Of a DNA stretch of 37,305 nt, positions 33,838 through 37,305 are shown piece by piece. The notes beneath the pieces were generated by a model that was not told the origin of the DNA, made no database searches, and saw only the letters and a list, made by a program, of their open reading frames with translations. Position numbers and translations under genes: made by a program. Origin of the DNA: a virus; IMG/VR virus record IMGVR_UViG_3300002061_000001; one strand, written 5' to 3'. Position 1 is the stretch's first letter; the number at the start of each line of letters is the position of its first letter.

Positions 33838-34506
33838 TTGAAAGATAAATCTAAAAACGACGGTTATGTATCTATACATAGATGCTTGCACAAAGAGCCT
33901 ATCTGGCTCGCTGAGCCGTTCTCTCGTGCTCAGGCATGGATTGACCTCATAATGCTCGCAAATTACAAGGCGGGCTATATACGGATTAAAGGCGAGCGTG
34001 TTGATTTACAGCGCGGCGAGTGCGGGTGGTCAAAGCTCAAACTCTCAAAGCGTTGGAAGTGGTCGAGAGGCAAGACTGAACGCTTTTTAAACGAACTCAA
34101 AAACGATCAATGGATAGAACTCAAGACGGGACACCGCACGACGGTCATTAAGATATTGGAATATAACGATTTTCAGACTTCGCAGGACAAGAGACAGGAC
34201 AACAGACGGGGCAACAAACAGGACAACAGACAGGACACTAACAATAAAGATAATAAAAATAATAAACCCCCCTTACCCCCCAAGGGGGCAGATGTTTCTA
34301 AAACTTTGTTTTCGATAAAAAAGGAATTGTCGGCCGATGGTATTGAGCTCGCAAAACAGAAATCGCCGCAATGGGACGTTTATGCCCTCATGGAAGAATA
34401 CGACAAATGGGTAAATAAAGACCCCGATAACCGAAAGCCAAGGAGCGCTAACATAGCGTTTCCGTATTGGTGCGAATCATTCACGAAAGGAGTGCCCCCG
34501 AGATGA
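33838..34506 (+). CDS. Replication initiator (lambda O-like/DnaD-type winged helix N-terminal domain).
   Basis: TTG start 5 nt after gaaagaagagg. WLAEPFSRAQAWIDLIMLANYKAGYIRIKGERVDLQRGECGWSKLKLSKRWKWSRGKTERFLNEL is the common phage initiator wHTH pattern. The linker is encoded by the iterons. Confidence 0.7.
   Translation: MKDKSKNDGYVSIHRCLHKEPIWLAEPFSRAQAWIDLIMLANYKAGYIRIKGERVDLQRGECGWSKLKLSKRWKWSRGKTERFLNELKNDQWIELKTGHRTTVIKILEYNDFQTSQDKRQDNRRGNKQDNRQDTNNKDNKNNKPPLPPKGADVSKTLFSIKKELSADGIELAKQKSPQWDVYALMEEYDKWVNKDPDNRKPRSANIAFPYWCESFTKGVPPR
34183..34242 (+). repeat. Five tandem 12-bp direct repeats (iterons), consensus CAGGACAACAGA.
   Basis: CAGGACAAGAGA / CAGGACAACAGA / CGGGGCAACAAA / CAGGACAACAGA / CAGGACACTAAC, read directly. 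Confidence 0.85.
34183..34288 (+). other. Candidate origin of replication inside the initiator gene: iterons, 24-bp A/T block (34243-34266), then a C6/C6/G5 inverted repeat (34267-34288).
   Basis: Same order of elements as lambda ori within gene O (established architecture). The elements were read directly. Confidence 0.6.
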
Positions 34507-34841
34507 TCAGACAACCGAAAATTGAAAAACGTGTTGAGCTGTATAGCTTGGACGCTGAGACCCTTAACGGCTACACCACTGCCAAGAGACACCGACTAGC
34601 GCGAGAGTATTTTGAGATGATGCTCGCTGATCTGTCGTTTGGCAAAGGTGAGATAATCAGTCGGCGACGTGATTCGTATGTCGTTGATCGCCGCCAATAT
34701 ATCGCGACCGTTATGAGCAATGTCGGGTTTTCGTGTGTTTCTATTGGCCTCGCAATGTCGCGGGATAGCACGTCGATACACCATCTTTTGAAAAAAAGAA
34801 AAAAAGAATTTGACTATATCGACATAATAGATAATAAATGA
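34503..34841 (+). CDS. DnaA domain-IV (DnaA-box-binding HTH)-only protein.
   Basis: ATG 34503 overlaps the initiator TGA (ATGA), RBS aaaggag. ISRRRDSYVVDRRQYIATVMSNVGFSCVSIGLAMSRDSTSIHHLLKK parallels DnaA sKRRsr.vv.pRQiAMyL.....Slp.IG..fg.RDHtTVlHa.rK. Confidence 0.7.
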   Translation: MIRQPKIEKRVELYSLDAETLNGYTTAKRHRLAREYFEMMLADLSFGKGEIISRRRDSYVVDRRQYIATVMSNVGFSCVSIGLAMSRDSTSIHHLLKKRKKEFDYIDIIDNK

Positions 34842-34956
34842 ATAACCAAATAGATCGAGCCGCCCTGATAGACGGGCTTCGATCTCGGGTTTGTCTATCG
34901 CGTAAGGTTACGCGCTAAGCTGAAACTTTGTAACCTGACACCGATAAGATCGGTAT

Positions 34957-34994
34957 GAGGGGCGGGCTTGTGAAGCCGCTCGCCTCTCGCTTTT
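34957..34994 (+). terminator. Imperfect GC-rich hairpin followed by TCGCTTTT. Terminator-like.
   Basis: GAGGGGCGGGCTT-gtg-AAGCCGCTCGCCTC with bulges, then tcgcttttaaaa. Confidence 0.4.
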
Positions 34995-35013
34995 AAAATT
35001 TAACGAGGACGAC

Positions 35014-35406
35014 ATGGAACAACCAAACATAAAACCAATACGCGAATCGGGTGATCTTTATCAGCTCGTCGAGCCGTATTACATTGACCTGAGACCGTTT
35101 AACGTAAACAAACGCTTTACGATCGCGGCGGGTTTTGAGTATGACGGCGCAACCGTGCCGCGTTGGTTCTGGTCTTTGTCGGGTATCTCTCGAGATGGTA
35201 TTCACCGAGCGGCCGCGCTTGTGCATGATTATCTTTATTCAGTTAAGGGTTTTCAGGGTCAGCCTCACCGAGGCAACGAGATCACGCGAGACGAGGTCGA
35301 TAAGATTTTTAAACGTATGCTCAAAGAGGTTGGGGTTGCTAGTCACCGCGTATTTTTGGCATATTGGGGCGCACGTATAGGCGGGCGTTTTTATTGGAAG
35401 GATTGA
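35014..35406 (+). CDS. DUF1353 family protein.
   Basis: FEYDGATVPRWFWSL...AAALVHDYLY matches the DUF1353 signature fDGaS.P...w...a...HDylY. Confidence 0.7.
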   Translation: MEQPNIKPIRESGDLYQLVEPYYIDLRPFNVNKRFTIAAGFEYDGATVPRWFWSLSGISRDGIHRAAALVHDYLYSVKGFQGQPHRGNEITRDEVDKIFKRMLKEVGVASHRVFLAYWGARIGGRFYWKD

Positions 35407-35591
35407 GGAATTTGTCCGAGCGATAATGGACACGGGGGGTTGAGAGCGTACGCAAGGAAAGACTTAACCATGATGACCGAAAAAACGTATTCGCCGCGCT
35501 TACTTACGGGATTCGCGTAAAATGTCGAACGTATGACAGCAGGGAAAGACCGCATTTTAGATTTTGAACTTGAACGAGAAAGGCTGATAAA

Positions 35592-36782
35592 ATGACAGAT
35601 ATTCAAGACGAAAGCACCGCTCTCATAGCGGTCGAGACTTTAAACCCGATCGAGGTTTTTAGCACAAAGGGCGGGCTTGACCCGATTATCGAAAAAATTA
35701 AAGAGCGTGTCGAGGCGCAAGATTTTGATATTACGACCGATCAAGGCCGTAAAAATATCGGCTCTTATGCTCGCAAGATTGGCTCAAGCAAAAAGAAGCT
35801 CGAGAGCATGGCTTTAGAGCTGACTCAAGGTTGGCGCGACAAGGTCGACGCTGTGAATGTTGAGAAAAAGCGCATGATCAGCGAGTTTGATGCGCTGAGA
35901 GATAAGATCAAAAAACCTCTCGATGAATACAATGCAGAACAAGACCGATTAAAAGCTGTCGAGCAAGAGGCTCTTGATAAACTGGCCGCTGTTCGATCAT
36001 ATATCGAGCGTGAGCCCTCTAATGCAAATCGGACGGCCGAGGCTATCAAAACAGCGTTAAATCTATCAGGCGAGCTTTATGAGGGTTTTAAGTGGAGCGA
36101 GGATTTTATCGATAAAGCCAAGGTGCAACACGATAAAAATATCGACGCTCTAACTGTCGCGCTCGCGTCTCAAGAGCAATATGAGAAAGATCATGCTGAA
36201 CTCGCTGAGCTGAGAGAGGCTAAGGCTAAAAAAGAAGCGGCTGAGAAAAAGGCCGAAGCTGAAAAGGCTGAGAAAGCTCGCGCCGAGCAAGAGCGTAAGG
36301 ACGGTCACGAGGCTGTTATTGCTCAGATGCTCAGTCTCTCAACAGCCGAAAATGTAAGCATAACTCACTCGGTGCAAGCGGGCGAGTGGCTCGATAAACT
36401 AAGCAGGGTTTTTAGCCGCGATTGGGACGAATACCGAGAACGAGCCTCAAAGGTTTATGAGCAAATTAAATCTGAGCTTGAGGGCAAAAAGCTAAGCCTT
36501 GAAAAAGCCGAGGCTGATTTTAGAGATCAGGTTGCAAAGGAACAGGCTGAAAAAGCTGTTGCCGCCGAGCGCGAGCGCGTTGCGAAAGAGAAAATAAAGG
36601 CCGAAGAGATTGAGGCAAAGAGAGCGGCCGACCTCGAGAACAGGGTGAATATTGAGGTGCAAGTTATTGACGATATTATGATGCGTCTCGGGCTAAATAG
36701 CGTGGAGTCTCGTAACGTAATTTCGCAAGCGGTCGAGGCTATCGGTTCGGGCGATATTCCTAACATAAAAATCACATATTAA
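35592..36782 (+). CDS. Long coiled-coil protein (DUF1351-like?), function unknown.
   Basis: 396 aa, Ala/Glu/Lys-rich heptad-like sequence. The N-terminal region vaguely resembles DUF1351 proteins that accompany phage recombination genes. Confidence 0.6.
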   Translation: MTDIQDESTALIAVETLNPIEVFSTKGGLDPIIEKIKERVEAQDFDITTDQGRKNIGSYARKIGSSKKKLESMALELTQGWRDKVDAVNVEKKRMISEFDALRDKIKKPLDEYNAEQDRLKAVEQEALDKLAAVRSYIEREPSNANRTAEAIKTALNLSGELYEGFKWSEDFIDKAKVQHDKNIDALTVALASQEQYEKDHAELAELREAKAKKEAAEKKAEAEKAEKARAEQERKDGHEAVIAQMLSLSTAENVSITHSVQAGEWLDKLSRVFSRDWDEYRERASKVYEQIKSELEGKKLSLEKAEADFRDQVAKEQAEKAVAAERERVAKEKIKAEEIEAKRAADLENRVNIEVQVIDDIMMRLGLNSVESRNVISQAVEAIGSGDIPNIKITY

Positions 36783-36805
36783 AACAAGAAAGAGAGACTA
36801 AGATT

Positions 36806-37305
36806 ATGGCTTTAAAAACTATGGAACGATTCGCCAAGTCAGGCGGCAAGAGCAAGCTCGACATACTCAAGCGATTTTATTGCGACGGCGATAAGGCGAC
36901 CGTGATTGACTTTGATTTCGCTATCGAGACAAAAAGCAACGTGAGCAAGGGGGTGTATTACGCCGAGGGGTACTCTAAAGGGTTTCGTATAGCGACGTAT
37001 GACAAGCCCGAGGAAGCGCCAAAAATGGACAGGGGCGAAAGCGTCCTCGCTGTCGTTGATCTTGACGAGGAAAAGATTGAGGCTCTTGCATGGGTCGCAA
37101 AGGCTGTCTCAACTGATCAAACTAGGTATTACCTGAACGGCGTTTGTTTTGATGGCGACAAGATCGTCGCAACCGACGGCCATAGATTACACCTTATGCA
37201 AGACGACGAGTTGACGGCTTGGGTCGGTAAGAAAGAGACTTTAATATTGCCGCGTGAGGCTCTATCTGTTGCCCTAAGTATCATAAAAGAGACTAAGGCG
37301 ACCGA
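36806..37305 (+). CDS. dnaN: DNA polymerase III beta (sliding clamp) homologue, N-terminal part (3'-truncated by the window edge; continues at base 50).
   Basis: ATG 36806 after aagaaagagagac. Open to the window end. TRYYLNGVCFDGDKIVATDGHRLHL is the hallmark clamp domain-II motif (RYYLNG...VATDGHRL). Confidence 0.8.
   Translation, partial: MALKTMERFAKSGGKSKLDILKRFYCDGDKATVIDFDFAIETKSNVSKGVYYAEGYSKGFRIATYDKPEEAPKMDRGESVLAVVDLDEEKIEALAWVAKAVSTDQTRYYLNGVCFDGDKIVATDGHRLHLMQDDELTAWVGKKETLILPREALSVALSIIKETKAT
37257..37305. repeat. Terminal direct repeat, copy 2 (identical to 1-49).
   Basis: Same 49-mer as bases 1-49. The reading frame of the clamp gene is continuous across the join. Confidence 0.95.

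Noticed and set aside
34183-34242. The 12-bp tandem repeats considered as a CRISPR array or minisatellite.
   Set aside because: The repeats are contiguous with no spacers, only 12 bp long, in-frame inside the initiator gene and followed by an A/T block. They are better explained as iterons.
35407-35591. 185-nt gap before the coiled-coil gene, examined for a tRNA, sRNA or small ORF (for example the 16-codon ATG ORF at 35470).
   Set aside because: I could not fold a cloverleaf or find T-loop or anticodon-arm features by eye. It has only short stems (TGTCC/GGACA) and a mini-ORF too short to call. It remains unassigned and should be scanned with tRNAscan-SE, ARAGORN and Rfam.

Overview
The window is one complete, circularly closed dsDNA tailed-phage genome. 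Bases 1-49 are identical to 37257-37305, so the unique length is 37,256 bp, and a sliding-clamp gene runs across the junction. Gene order on the + strand: (i) an early/middle operon of small genes (513-7275), including an XRE-type HTH protein, a signal-peptide protein, a DnaQ/ExoX-like exonuclease and several Cys-rich proteins, ending in a terminator. (ii) A late operon from a sigma70-like promoter (7409-7438): small and large terminase, a portal fused to a MuF-like domain, a Zn-ribbon ORF, Mu-I-like protease/scaffold, DUF2190-like decoration protein, major capsid, connector and virion-morphogenesis proteins. It continues with the major tail protein, a G/GT chaperone pair with an A_AAA_AAG -1 frameshift site, a TP901-type tape measure, distal tail and fibre genes. 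(iii) A tightly overlapped lysis cassette (26592-28556) that unexpectedly contains a stand-alone CheY-like receiver-domain gene. A leftward operon (31668 down to 28583) encodes unknown proteins, an ERF annealase, a YqaJ exonuclease and a LexA-DNA-binding-domain-only protein. The rightward operon from an overlapping divergent promoter region (31696-31735) encodes an RHH regulator, GapR/DUF2312 homologue, RusA, HNH nuclease and N6A methyltransferase. It then encodes a lambda-O-like initiator with an embedded iteron/AT-rich origin, a DnaA-domain-IV-only protein, DUF1353, a coiled-coil protein and the clamp. I recognised no integrase, transposase, CI-type repressor, partition genes, DNA polymerase, helicase, primase, tRNA or CRISPR array. 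All family assignments come from reading motifs in the translations by eye; no database search was possible, so they need HMM or structure confirmation.
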